From: Alphaproteobacteria bacterium
GTDB lineage: Bacteria; Pseudomonadota; Alphaproteobacteria; CALKHQ01
Assembly (NCBI GenBank): GCA_965227515.1
Contig: CBDDFZ010000001.1
Coordinates: forward strand, 3,360,001-3,424,000
Length of the DNA: 64,000 nt
Direction: 5' to 3'
The notes beneath the pieces are model-generated. The model saw only the letters and a list, made by a program, of their open reading frames with translations, searched no databases and was not told the origin of the DNA. Made by a program: the position numbers and the translations under genes. Shown here piece after piece: positions 28,837 through 38,644 of this stretch. The stretch's first letter is position 1; every line of letters starts with the position of its first letter.

Positions 28837-29553
28837 TCATGCGGCGTACCTGCGGTCGATCACCCGTGCCAGCGCCGCATACCGGGCATCGAGCATGTGC
28901 GCCGGGCTGCCATCGTCGCTGGCGCATGCCGGGCACATGACGATACCGGTGCGCGGCGCGACCTCGGCATGCAACAGGTCGCCCATGGCGGCCGCCGGCG
29001 GCTGCCAGTTGGCGCTGGCCAGGCGGTAGGCGCGGGTAAGATCGCCGTTCGCCGTGGCAACGGTTGCGGCCGCCGCACGCCGATGAAACCGGCGCCGCCA
29101 GTCCCGGTGATGTTCGGTGCAGCAAGCAGGGTAGCCGAGCAGCGATGCCTCCAATTCAGGCGCCAATGCCGGCTCGTCGCCTATGAAAGGCGACAGATCG
29201 TCCTCATCGCGCGCAATCGCCAACAGCGTGGTGCGCGCACGGTGCTGGACCACGCAGTCGCGATACCAGTCCGGCACGCCAGCGAACTCTCCCTCGGTTG
29301 TCCAGGCAGTGACTACGGCTGTTTCGAGCCCTGCCTCGGCAACGCAGGACGAGACATCTGCCAGCATGCTGCTGGCCTCGGCGTAGCCAACCACGGCAAC
29401 CGGTTTCCAGCCGGCGGCGATCGCAAGGATGTCGAGGCACTCGCTGCCAAGGCCGCGCAGCGTTCGATGAATGCGCGCAAGTCCAGGCTCGGTGTCGATA
29501 CGATCGCCGGGGGCAAGATCGGGCACGGCGTTGTGATGCGGCAAGCTACTCAT
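28837..29553 (-). CDS. Hypothetical Cys-rich protein (LLGYPACC...CPAC; DUF483-like)
   Basis: 238-aa ORF ending 10 nt before the UbiD start; motifs GWKPV, LLGYPACCTEHH and VMCPAC. Confidence 0.6.
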   Translation of the reverse strand: MSSLPHHNAVPDLAPGDRIDTEPGLARIHRTLRGLGSECLDILAIAAGWKPVAVVGYAEASSMLADVSSCVAEAGLETAVVTAWTTEGEFAGVPDWYRDCVVQHRARTTLLAIARDEDDLSPFIGDEPALAPELEASLLGYPACCTEHHRDWRRRFHRRAAAATVATANGDLTRAYRLASANWQPPAAAMGDLLHAEVAPRTGIVMCPACASDDGSPAHMLDARYAALARVIDRRYAA

Positions 29554-29740
29554 CGCACGCAGGATATCTGAGTCTAATCGCTTTAGGGAATAGCTTTGTT
29601 ACAAATCTTTCTCGGCGACACGGCGCCCTCCTGCCCCCGATGCTCCATTCCGATTCATGCAATTTTCGCTTTGCCATTTAGCTTTGCCACTTCGTCAAAT
29701 TCGCATCGCCTCACCCTTCGAAACCGGATAGACAGCAGGC

Positions 29741-31060
29741 ATGGCCCGCCTGAAACCGCTCAAGGGAGTCGACTTTTCCGCCGTCCGCCGGCTCGCGCAC
29801 AACCGCGACTTCGCAATCTATTCGTCAGGCAAGATTCTGGCCAACCTGGGCGAATGGGCCCAGCGGGTCACGATCGCCTGGCTGACATGGGAACTGACCC
29901 AGTCGGCATTCTGGCTCGGCATCATCGCCTTTGCAGACCTTTTTCCGACGGTGGTGATCGGCGCCATTGCCGGCGCGGTGGTCGACCGCACCGACTATAT
30001 GCGGCTGGTGCGCCTGGTGCAGGCAGTGGCCCTGGCGGTTTCGATTGCGCTGACCCTGTTCATGGCGTTCGAGGCCATGACCATCTATGTGCTGGCGCTC
30101 CTGACCCTGCTGCGCGGCACCGCGCAGGCGCTCTATCGCCCTGCCCGCATGGTGCTGGTCTATAATCTGGTCGACGATCGCGACCTCACGTCGGCCATCG
30201 CCATCAGTTCGATCATCTTCAACGCCGCGCGCTTCGTCGGCCCTGCGCTGGGTGGCGGGTTGATGGTCCTGGGCGGTCCGATCCTCGCGTTCGGGGTAGC
30301 GGCGATGACCTACGCGGTCTTCCTCGCCGCGCTCTACATGATGCGGCAGCGGCAGATGGCGCCGTCGCCCAAGTCCAAGCGCAACCTGCTCGGCGACGCC
30401 GCCGATGGCATTCGCCACGCCTTCACCAGCGAAGGCATTGCGCTTCTGTTGCTGGTGACCATCGCCATAGCGCTCGCCGTGCGGCCGTTCCTCGAGCTGT
30501 TACCGGCGTTCGCCGACCAGGTGTTTGCCCCGGATGACGGCGGCGGCGGCATCGGCAATCTGACGCTGCTGCTCACGGCCAATGGCCTCGGCGCCATGCT
30601 GGCGGGACTGTGGCTGGCGGGACGGCCCGGCGGCATCGTCGGCCTGACCCGGGTGGTGGTGTTCAACATCCTGCTGGTCGGCGTCACATCGGCCGGCTTC
30701 GCGCTGATGCCCTATCTGTGGCTGGCAATGCCGTTCCTGGTGGCGGTCGGCTTCTGCCTCGTGGTCCAGGGCGTTGCCGTCCAGACCCTGATCCAGGCGT
30801 CGGTGGATTCCGGCATGCGCGGGCGGGTTCTGGGGCTGTATGCGTTGCTGGCCCGGGGGTGCCCGGCGTTGGGCGCGCTTGCCATCGGGGCGCTGGCCGA
30901 ATGGCTGGGGCCGCGGGTGCCGGTGGTGGCCGGCGGTGCAATTGCCGTGGCGCTGTGGCTGCTTGTGCTGGGGCGCCGCGATGCCGTGGCCAAGGCAGTG
31001 GAGCGCAAGCCTTCCGAACGCGCCAAGCCGGTCAGCGAACACGGCGACGTGACCGAATAG
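29741..31060 (+). CDS. MFS transporter (DHA3/EntS-like)
   Basis: LTWELTQSAFWLG, GAVVDR, NAARFVGPALGG and MRGRVLG motifs. Confidence 0.88.
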   Translation: MARLKPLKGVDFSAVRRLAHNRDFAIYSSGKILANLGEWAQRVTIAWLTWELTQSAFWLGIIAFADLFPTVVIGAIAGAVVDRTDYMRLVRLVQAVALAVSIALTLFMAFEAMTIYVLALLTLLRGTAQALYRPARMVLVYNLVDDRDLTSAIAISSIIFNAARFVGPALGGGLMVLGGPILAFGVAAMTYAVFLAALYMMRQRQMAPSPKSKRNLLGDAADGIRHAFTSEGIALLLLVTIAIALAVRPFLELLPAFADQVFAPDDGGGGIGNLTLLLTANGLGAMLAGLWLAGRPGGIVGLTRVVVFNILLVGVTSAGFALMPYLWLAMPFLVAVGFCLVVQGVAVQTLIQASVDSGMRGRVLGLYALLARGCPALGALAIGALAEWLGPRVPVVAGGAIAVALWLLVLGRRDAVAKAVERKPSERAKPVSEHGDVTE

Positions 31061-31105
31061 CCCCCGGTCTGGCCGCGCGCGGCTGTCTGTCGGGCCAATC
31101 CCCGC

Positions 31106-31136
31106 TTGACTCGCCGGTGGCGGCACGCGCCATAAT
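31106..31136 (+). promoter_or_regulatory. Putative sigma70-type promoter
   Basis: TTGACT at 31106 and GCCATAAT at 31129-31136, upstream of the SBP gene. Confidence 0.45.
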
Positions 31137-31181
31137 AGATAAGTAAGTTAGCTTTGGATGAAACCTATGAAGGGGGACACG

Positions 31182-32273
31182 ATGGTGAGCCTGAAGACGA
31201 CCGGCCTGATGAGCGGCGTTGCCCTGCTCTGCCTTGCACCCGCGATGGCGTCGGCGCAAACCGCGTTCGAGCAGCTTGTCGAGCAGTCCAAAGCGGAAAT
31301 GGAAGCCCATGACGGCAAGCTGGTGATCGCCATGGACTGGACCGAAGGCGACGCCGAGGCAGCCCTGGCAGCTTTCGTCGAAGAGTTCGATTTCATCGAC
31401 GAGATCGAATACACCCGCGAAACCGGCGTCGGGCCGTTCGGCCGCTACCTGATCGAGATCGAGCAGGGTATCGCGCCGCCGTACGACATCATGCACGTGG
31501 CGAGCGAGTTCGAGGAACAGTACTGGGAGGACGGTGCGTTCGTGATGCCGCCGTTCGACTACAACGAGATCAACGCGTCGCTGCCGGACGACTGGCCGGA
31601 GATCAACGCCGCAGCGATGGACCCGGAAGGTCGGTTCCTGGCCACCACCGGCAACACCCGCGGCATCGCCTGGAACCCCGAGCTTATCAGCGGCGACGAC
31701 ATCCCGACAACGTGGGACGACTGCGCCGATCCGAAGTGGGCCGGCCAAGTGGTGATGGACGCCCGCAACAAGGGCCAGGCCCTGCAATATGACGCGCAGG
31801 AGCGTGAGCGGCATATCGCCTGGCTCCACACAATGCGTGAGAACGATACCGTTTTCGAGCGTGGCCAGGGCCGGATCTTGCAGGCTGTCGCCGCCGGTGA
31901 GTATGCGTTTGCCTGCCTGGTCAACTTCCACACCGCGACCCGGCTGATCGAGCGCGACGGTGTCGATACCTTGGTGTTCGGCCTTGCGGAATCTATTCCG
32001 CTGGAGCTCGCCTCGCGGGTGTTCGTGCTGAAGACCAGCACCACGCCGGCAACCACGCAGTTGTTCGCCGTATGGACCGTGACCCGGGGCCAGCAGTACA
32101 TCGACCAGACCGCGTATCGCGGTTTCCCGTGGATTCCGGGCTCGCGCCTCTACGAGGATGCGGAAGGCAAGTACATCGCGCTTTGCGATGGCCCGTGTGC
32201 CAACCGTTTCGACGAGTTCAACGCCGAGTACATCGAGATCCTGGGCTTCCCGGCCGCGCTCGTGGAAGACTAG
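31182..32273 (+). CDS. Extracellular solute-binding protein (Fe3+/anion/thiamine-like class), stand-alone
   Basis: Signal peptide; IAWNPEL, PTTWDDCADPKWAG and VAAGEY motifs; no adjacent permease or ATPase. Confidence 0.75.
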   Translation: MVSLKTTGLMSGVALLCLAPAMASAQTAFEQLVEQSKAEMEAHDGKLVIAMDWTEGDAEAALAAFVEEFDFIDEIEYTRETGVGPFGRYLIEIEQGIAPPYDIMHVASEFEEQYWEDGAFVMPPFDYNEINASLPDDWPEINAAAMDPEGRFLATTGNTRGIAWNPELISGDDIPTTWDDCADPKWAGQVVMDARNKGQALQYDAQERERHIAWLHTMRENDTVFERGQGRILQAVAAGEYAFACLVNFHTATRLIERDGVDTLVFGLAESIPLELASRVFVLKTSTTPATTQLFAVWTVTRGQQYIDQTAYRGFPWIPGSRLYEDAEGKYIALCDGPCANRFDEFNAEYIEILGFPAALVED

Positions 32274-32301
32274 TTCCTCCCAGTACCCAAGACCCAATGC
32301 C

Positions 32302-34458
32302 TCAGCCCGGAGCCACCTGCTCCGGGCTTTTTTCTGTCATGCCGGCCTTGCGCAAGCCTTCCAGGTAGGTCGCCATCTGGTCGTCACGCTTCAAATAGAA
32401 CAGGCGGTCGCGCGCGAACTCGACCGAGAACTCCGGCTTCACCTTCATCAGGTCGTCGACCGCAGCGCGCGCCTGCTCCTCGTCACCGAGGTGGCCGAGT
32501 GCGGCGGCAAGGTGCGCCCGCGCCCAGTATTGCGCATTCGGAATCTGCACCGACCTTCGGGCCCACTGCACGGCATCCTGAAACTGGCCGCGGAACAGGT
32601 GCGCCAGCGCGCGGTAGGAATAGAACGCCCAGCGGAACGGATCGTGCGGGCTCAGCTTGATGGCAATCTCGAATTGCTCGATCGCCTCGTCCAGGCGCCC
32701 CTCGTAAGCCAATGAATCGCCAAGCCCGCAGTAGCTGACCGCCAGGCACGGGTTCAGTTCCAGCGCCAGCTCCAGCGCATTGATGGCTTGTTCGTACTCG
32801 CGGCGCGCCAGATGAACCCGGCCGATGGTGAAGTGCGCGTTGGCGTCTTGGTGGTCGAGCACGATGGCGCGCTGCGCCATGGCCAGCGCCTCGTCCATCA
32901 TCGCCGCTTCGGTCGCGGCGTCGAAATAGACCATGTTGAGGACGATGGCATAAGCCAGCCGCGAATAGGCGGACGCGAAATCCGGGTCGAGCGCGATAGC
33001 CTGGCGCATCAGCTCCTGGGCGCGTTGGTTGCTCTCCGGCGTGAACTTGTAGAACTCGACCGTGCCCAGTTGATAGAGGTCCCACGCGCCCAGGTTCTTG
33101 CGCGGCCGCCGCTCCGCCTTGCGGCGCTCGGTCAGCCCCAACTCGGACTCGATGCGCGACGCAACCAGGTCGGATATCTCGTCCTGCAGGTCGAAGATAT
33201 CGACCATGTCGCGGTCGAACCGCTCCGACCAGATGCTCTGCTCGGTCGCGGTGTCGGCCACCTGGACCGTGATGCGGAAGCGGGTGCCGGCCTTGCGCAC
33301 ATTGCCGGTGACGATGTAGTCGGCGCGCAATTGCTCACCGATGCTGCGGACGCTGTCGTTGGAGTCGCGGAAAGCGAAGGCGGGGTTGCGCGCCACCACC
33401 GAGAGCCAGCGGTTCTTCGAAAGCGCGGTGGTGATGTCCTCCGACACACCGTCGGCGAAATAGTCTTCCTCGCGGTCGTGGTTCAGGTTGGTGAACGGCA
33501 GCACGGCGACAGAGGGCTTGTGCGCCGCGGCCGCAAACCTCTCGCCGGCCTGCGGAAGCTCCAACTGCACCGGTGGATCGGCCTCGACCGCCGGTGCGGG
33601 ATCCTTCTTCGACGGGCCGTGCGAGACATCGGCGACGAAACGGAAGCCACGGCCATGCACGGTCGCGATGATGCGCTGCGAGGCGCCGTCGTCGCCCAGC
33701 ACACGACGTGCCGCCTTGATCTGGCCGCTGAGCGCGGAGTCCGAAACGATGCGGTCGCCCCAGATCGCCCGGAACACCTCCTCGCGGGTCACCACGCGGT
33801 CGTTGTTGCGGGCCAGAAAGACCACAAGGTCGAACACCTGGGGCTCAACCGTCACCCGCTCTCCGGCGCGCCGCAGCTCGAACAGCGACAGGTCGAGCTC
33901 GAAATCCTCGAAATAAAGAACATCCGGCGCCGAGCCATCGCTCTCCATGTCGACGCGATAGGCCAGGATCGGCCGGCTGATGTTCTTGATCGACTGCTCG
34001 CCGAGCGGCACGAAACCAACCGGCACATTGCTGCCGATGTGGTCGTGCACCTGGCTGGACAGCACGATGCCGCCGGGCGGCGCGATGGATTCCAGCCGCG
34101 ATGCGATATTGACGCCGTCGCCATAGATGTCGTCGCCGTCGACGATGACGTCGCCCAGGTGCATGCCGATCCGCATTGACAACGCAGACGAGCCGTTGGC
34201 GGCCCCCTTGCCGGCGCCAAGGTCGCGCTGGATCGACACCGCGCATTGCAGCGCCCCCACCACGCTGGGGAACTCCACCAGCGTGCCGTCGCCCATCAGC
34301 TTGACGGTGCGCCCGCCGTGACGGTCGATCGCCGGGTCGACGACGGTCGCGCGCGCCGCCTTCAGGCGGTCGAGCGTACCGACCTCGTCGCGCTCCATCT
34401 GCCGGCTGTAGCCGACGACGTCCATCGCGACGATGGTTGTGAGCCTGCGTTCGACCAT
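32302..34458 (-). CDS. Class III nucleotide cyclase fused to OmpR-type winged HTH, TolB-like and TPR domains
   Basis: MDVVGYS, KLMGDG and GDGVNIASRLE (cyclase); EPQVFDL...IATVHGRGFRF (wHTH); SVAVLPF...YFADG (TolB-like); C-terminal TPRs. Confidence 0.88.
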   Translation of the reverse strand: MVERRLTTIVAMDVVGYSRQMERDEVGTLDRLKAARATVVDPAIDRHGGRTVKLMGDGTLVEFPSVVGALQCAVSIQRDLGAGKGAANGSSALSMRIGMHLGDVIVDGDDIYGDGVNIASRLESIAPPGGIVLSSQVHDHIGSNVPVGFVPLGEQSIKNISRPILAYRVDMESDGSAPDVLYFEDFELDLSLFELRRAGERVTVEPQVFDLVVFLARNNDRVVTREEVFRAIWGDRIVSDSALSGQIKAARRVLGDDGASQRIIATVHGRGFRFVADVSHGPSKKDPAPAVEADPPVQLELPQAGERFAAAAHKPSVAVLPFTNLNHDREEDYFADGVSEDITTALSKNRWLSVVARNPAFAFRDSNDSVRSIGEQLRADYIVTGNVRKAGTRFRITVQVADTATEQSIWSERFDRDMVDIFDLQDEISDLVASRIESELGLTERRKAERRPRKNLGAWDLYQLGTVEFYKFTPESNQRAQELMRQAIALDPDFASAYSRLAYAIVLNMVYFDAATEAAMMDEALAMAQRAIVLDHQDANAHFTIGRVHLARREYEQAINALELALELNPCLAVSYCGLGDSLAYEGRLDEAIEQFEIAIKLSPHDPFRWAFYSYRALAHLFRGQFQDAVQWARRSVQIPNAQYWARAHLAAALGHLGDEEQARAAVDDLMKVKPEFSVEFARDRLFYLKRDDQMATYLEGLRKAGMTEKSPEQVAPG

Positions 34459-34578
34459 GGTTATGGATCTGCCCGGTAATAGAGGTACCAATACCGGTTA
34501 GGTTACACCGGTGTCAGGTTCATTGAACATAGCCCGGTGGGACTGCTGTACCGTGGCAGCCCCACCGACGCACCAAAA

Positions 34579-35568
34579 CTAATCCTCGCCGAACGGCTCG
34601 AAGAGTGCCGTAGAGATGTAGCGCTCGCCACAGCTCGGCAGCACCGTCACCACCGTGCGGCCCTTCATTTCGTCACGCTTGGCGACACGCATGGCGCATG
34701 CCAGGGCAGCGCCGGACGAGATGCCGGCCGGAATGCCCTCCAGGCGCGCGACCTTGCGGGCCGTTTCCATCGCCTCGTCGTTGCTGACCAGCAGCACCTC
34801 GTCGATCAGGTCGGTGTCCAGGACCGGCGGCACGAAGCCCGCGCCGATGCCCTGGATCATATGCGGCGAGTGGGTGCCGCCGGAAAGCACCGGGCTCAGC
34901 TCCGGCTCGATGGCGAAGACCTTGATGTCGGGCTTGCGCTCCTTCAACACCTCGCCGACGCCGGTCAGCGTGCCGCCGGTGCCGACGCCCAGCACCACGG
35001 CATCGACCACGCCATTGGTGTCGCGCCAGATCTCCTCCGCCGTGGTGCGGCGGTGGATTTCCGGATTGGCCTCGTTGCCGAACTGCCAGGGCATCACCGC
35101 CTTCGGCGTCGCCTCGATGATCTCCTTGGCCTTCTCGATGGCGCCGTTGATGCCTTTCTCGCGCGGCGTCAGCGCCAGCTCGGCGCCCAGGTACTTCATC
35201 AGCTTGCGCCGCTCGATGGAGAAGCTGTCCGGCATGGTCAGGATGCAACGATAGCCCTTGGCCGCACAGGCGAACGCCAGCCCGATGCCGGTGTTGCCGG
35301 AGGTCGGCTCAACGATCACGCTGCCCGGCCCGATGGTGCCGTCGGCCTCCATCGCCTCCAGCATGGCGACCGCGATGCGGTCCTTCACGCTGGAGATCGG
35401 GTTGAAGAATTCCAGCTTCGCCAGCACCTCGCCCTGGCACCCCGCCTCCTCGGCCAGCGGGCCGATGCGGACCAGCGGCGTGTTGCCGATGGTCTCCAGG
35501 ATGCTGTCGTAGACCCGGCCCCGGCCAGGCTTGTCGAACGTCAGTCTGCTGCTGTGTTGTGCGTTCAT
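34579..35568 (-). CDS. cysK: Cysteine synthase A (O-acetylserine sulfhydrylase)
   Basis: IGNTPLV, SSVKDR (PLP Lys), [23 protein letters not shown] and GERYIST motifs. Confidence 0.92.
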   Translation of the reverse strand: MNAQHSSRLTFDKPGRGRVYDSILETIGNTPLVRIGPLAEEAGCQGEVLAKLEFFNPISSVKDRIAVAMLEAMEADGTIGPGSVIVEPTSGNTGIGLAFACAAKGYRCILTMPDSFSIERRKLMKYLGAELALTPREKGINGAIEKAKEIIEATPKAVMPWQFGNEANPEIHRRTTAEEIWRDTNGVVDAVVLGVGTGGTLTGVGEVLKERKPDIKVFAIEPELSPVLSGGTHSPHMIQGIGAGFVPPVLDTDLIDEVLLVSNDEAMETARKVARLEGIPAGISSGAALACAMRVAKRDEMKGRTVVTVLPSCGERYISTALFEPFGED

Positions 35569-36470
35569 TGTGCGGTCCCCTCGTCCTCTGGATTGGTTGC
35601 ACTGATGACCCAGGATGAACTGTCCATCACGATACCATCGGCACCGAGTTTCTGGGCCTCGATCGCCTTCGCCAAGGCGGTTTCGATTTCCGGCCGCCGG
35701 GCCTCGGCCAGATCGCCGGCCTCGCGGAACACTTCGCCCGCCGGACCGATGGCCAATTGAAAGGCAATGGCGTCGTCCACGTCGTTGCCGACCAGCACCG
35801 GCGCGTCGACGCGCTGGAAGTCGATGTCGGTGTAGCCGGCCGAGCGCATCATCGCGGTCACCATCTCCTGGTTCGCCATGGAGAACGGGCCGGGCCCACA
35901 GGTCTGGGCATCGTCGCCCGGTTGCGGCAGGTACTCAAGCACCACGTCCTTGGCCATCGACAGCCAGGGGTTGTCGGCGCGGTTGCGCCAGACGATGTGG
36001 ACCATCCGGCCGCCCGGCCGCAGCGCCCGGCGCATGTTGCGCAGGCCAGCCACCGGGTTGGCGAAGAACATGGTGCCGAAACGGGCGAACACGACGTCGA
36101 AGGAATCCTGCGGCAGCGCGATCTCCGCATCGCCGCGCATGAACGACAGGTTGGCGAGCCCGGTCCTCTCCGCATCGACACGGGCCATGTCCAGGAAGGC
36201 ATCGCAACAGTCGACGCCGACGACCTTGCCATCGGGGCCGACCAACCGCGCGAGCTTGATCGCGGTGTCGCCGAAGCCGCAGCCGACGTCCAGCACCCGG
36301 TCGCCCGGCTTCACGGGCAGGTTCGGGAAGATCGCCTCGCTGTGCTGGGTCAGGCCATCGACCAGGATGTGCTTGAACCGAATGAACTTGGGCGCCAGTA
36401 CCTCGTTCCAAAAGGTCACGAAGGCCGTGTCCTCCTGCTCAACCGGCAACCGTTCGGCGGCATTGCTCAT
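35565..36470 (-). CDS. Class I SAM-dependent methyltransferase
   Basis: [13 protein letters not shown] and LRPGGR motifs; 4-nt overlap with cysK. Confidence 0.88.
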   Translation of the reverse strand: MSNAAERLPVEQEDTAFVTFWNEVLAPKFIRFKHILVDGLTQHSEAIFPNLPVKPGDRVLDVGCGFGDTAIKLARLVGPDGKVVGVDCCDAFLDMARVDAERTGLANLSFMRGDAEIALPQDSFDVVFARFGTMFFANPVAGLRNMRRALRPGGRMVHIVWRNRADNPWLSMAKDVVLEYLPQPGDDAQTCGPGPFSMANQEMVTAMMRSAGYTDIDFQRVDAPVLVGNDVDDAIAFQLAIGPAGEVFREAGDLAEARRPEIETALAKAIEAQKLGADGIVMDSSSWVISATNPEDEGTAQ

Positions 36471-36564
36471 GACGTGTCGCTCCTTTGCGTCAACGAACCG
36501 ATATTCGATGACACCAAGATGGGACATGCCGGGCCGCCATGCTTGAGGCCGCAATGGGCAATGT

Positions 36565-36593
36565 TGGGGAATTGCGTGGGGATTTCCTGAGGA
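36565..36593. promoter_or_regulatory. Phased direct repeats TGRGGA (x3) upstream of the methyltransferase
   Basis: TGGGGA at 36565, TGGGGA at 36577 and TGAGGA at 36588. Confidence 0.4.
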
Positions 36594-36644
36594 CGCGCAT
36601 TTTCGCGCTTCCGTGACGGCTTTTTGCCCGTGCGCCCGCGCCGG

Positions 36645-37613
36645 TTAGCCCCCGTAGCGTTGTCGCAAGGCGGGGCCTAGTTCGCGCTCGAAATATCGGA
36701 TGAAGCCGGCCTGGTCCTGGCCGATCTGCATCAGAATGATGTGGTCGTGGCCGGCCTGGACGAACTTGTCGACATGGGTAAGGTGCTGCTCCAGCGACGG
36801 GCCGCAACTGATCGCATCGGCCAGCGCTTCGGGCGGGGTGAACTTGCTGGCGCCGGCAAAGCCATCCGGATTGGGGATCTCCGTCACTACCGGCCAACCT
36901 GTCACCGCCCAGCGGAACGTGTGGTGCACGGTCTTCAGCGCGTCGTCCTTGTTGTCGGCGACGCACAGGCCGACCTCGGTGTAGCGAGGCCCGTCGCCGC
37001 CCGCGGCACGGTAGCCGTCAACCAACTCGGACTTCGGTTCGACCGTGATCAGCCCATCGCCCTTGCGCCCAGCCAATCGTGCCGCGCGCGGTCCGCCGGC
37101 GGCGATCACCACGGGCGGCTTGCGCTCGGGTCGGTCATAGAGCTTGGCCTGGTCCAATTGCAGGTGCTTGCCGCGGTAGTTGGTCATCTCGCCGGACAGC
37201 AGGCCCTGGATGATGTCGACCGCCTCCGCCAGCCGTTCGTGGCGGATGCCCATGCCCGGCCACCCCTGCCCGACGATGTGCTCGTTCAGGCGCTCGCCGG
37301 TGCCGACCGCCAGGGTGAAACGGTCGTCGGACATCAGCGCCGTCGTCGCCGTCGCCTGGGCGATGATCGCCGGGTGATAGCGCATGTGCGGGCAGGTCAC
37401 CGCGGTCATCAGGCCGAGCCGGCTGGTCGCCTGCGCGAGCGCGCCTAGCACGGTCCAGCACAGCGGCGAATGTCCCTGCTCCTCCAGCCACGGGAAGAAG
37501 TGGTCGGATATGGCGGCGAAATCGAAGCCGGCGTCTTCGGCCTGCAGCGCCGATTGGACCAGCGCCTTCGGCCCGTGCTCCTCGCACAACAGCTTGTAGC
37601 CGAACTTGATCAT
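36645..37613 (-). CDS. LLM-class oxidoreductase, F420-dependent G6PDH-like (TIGR03557 type)
   Basis: EEHGP, ISDHFFPW, TAVTCP, IIAQA and GTGERLNEH motifs. Confidence 0.85.
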   Translation of the reverse strand: MIKFGYKLLCEEHGPKALVQSALQAEDAGFDFAAISDHFFPWLEEQGHSPLCWTVLGALAQATSRLGLMTAVTCPHMRYHPAIIAQATATTALMSDDRFTLAVGTGERLNEHIVGQGWPGMGIRHERLAEAVDIIQGLLSGEMTNYRGKHLQLDQAKLYDRPERKPPVVIAAGGPRAARLAGRKGDGLITVEPKSELVDGYRAAGGDGPRYTEVGLCVADNKDDALKTVHHTFRWAVTGWPVVTEIPNPDGFAGASKFTPPEALADAISCGPSLEQHLTHVDKFVQAGHDHIILMQIGQDQAGFIRYFERELGPALRQRYGG

Positions 37614-37642
37614 CGTCCCCCTCCCCCAAAATGCCGCCGGGC

Positions 37643-38644
37643 TCACCCGCCGCCGCGGTCGCCGTCTCCGCCCAGTGCCGCCATCGAACTCGCCGAGCGG
37701 CGATGGTCGCGGAAGCGCGCGAATTGCTGGTCGGCGATTACGCCGATCAGGATCACCGTACCCATCACCGCGAAGTTCAGCGACGACGGAATGCCCAGCA
37801 GGTTGACCAGGTTCTGCAAGATCTGCAGCAGGATCACCCCCAGCACCACACCGATGATCGACCCCTCGCCGCCACGTAGCGAGCACCCGCCGAGCACGGC
37901 AGCGGCGATGGCATAAAGCTCGTAGAAATTGCCATGGGTCGAGGGCGAGATCGACTTCGTGTACATGGCGAAATAAACGGCGGCGAGCGCGGTCAGCACG
38001 GCGCAGATGACATAGGCACCGACAATGACGCGCGTCGTGCGGATGCCGGAATAGCGCGCCGCCTCCTCGTTCTTGCCGACCGCGAACAGGTGGCGCCCGA
38101 ACACCGATCTGTGCAGCACGAGCCACGCGATGATCGCCACGATGCCGAACGCGATGATGCTGTGGGGCACACCGGCGGTGCGCCCGATGGTGAGCCAGTC
38201 GAGGTCCGGGAACGACTGGCCGAAGGTGAAGCCCGCCGTGCCGTCAGCGGTGTAGAACCGGGCCACGCCGCGATAGACCAGCAGGCCGCACAGGGTGACC
38301 ACGAAGGGCTGCAACCCCAGCCGCGTGATCAGGAAGCCGTGGGCGAGCCCGATCACCACACCCAGCGCCAGCACGATCACCAGCGCAATCGGCCATGGCA
38401 CGCCCACGACGGCGATCATGTCGACGAACAGAACGCCCAGAAGCGCGATCACCGACCCTACCGAAAGCTCGATGCCGGCGGTGATGATGACGAACGCTTG
38501 CGCGATCGCGAACAAGCCGAACAGTCCGATCAGGTTCGCCGTATTGGCCAGATTGTTCGCCGACAGGAACAGCGGATTGATGATCGCGACCACGATGCCG
38601 ACCACCAGGATCAGCACGAACAGGCCAAGTTCCTTCTTATGCAT
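37643..38644 (-). CDS. Sugar ABC (CUT2) permease
   Basis: GIELSVGS, AVGKNEEAARYSGI and YELYAIAAAVLGG motifs. Confidence 0.9.
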   Translation of the reverse strand: MHKKELGLFVLILVVGIVVAIINPLFLSANNLANTANLIGLFGLFAIAQAFVIITAGIELSVGSVIALLGVLFVDMIAVVGVPWPIALVIVLALGVVIGLAHGFLITRLGLQPFVVTLCGLLVYRGVARFYTADGTAGFTFGQSFPDLDWLTIGRTAGVPHSIIAFGIVAIIAWLVLHRSVFGRHLFAVGKNEEAARYSGIRTTRVIVGAYVICAVLTALAAVYFAMYTKSISPSTHGNFYELYAIAAAVLGGCSLRGGEGSIIGVVLGVILLQILQNLVNLLGIPSSLNFAVMGTVILIGVIADQQFARFRDHRRSASSMAALGGDGDRGGG

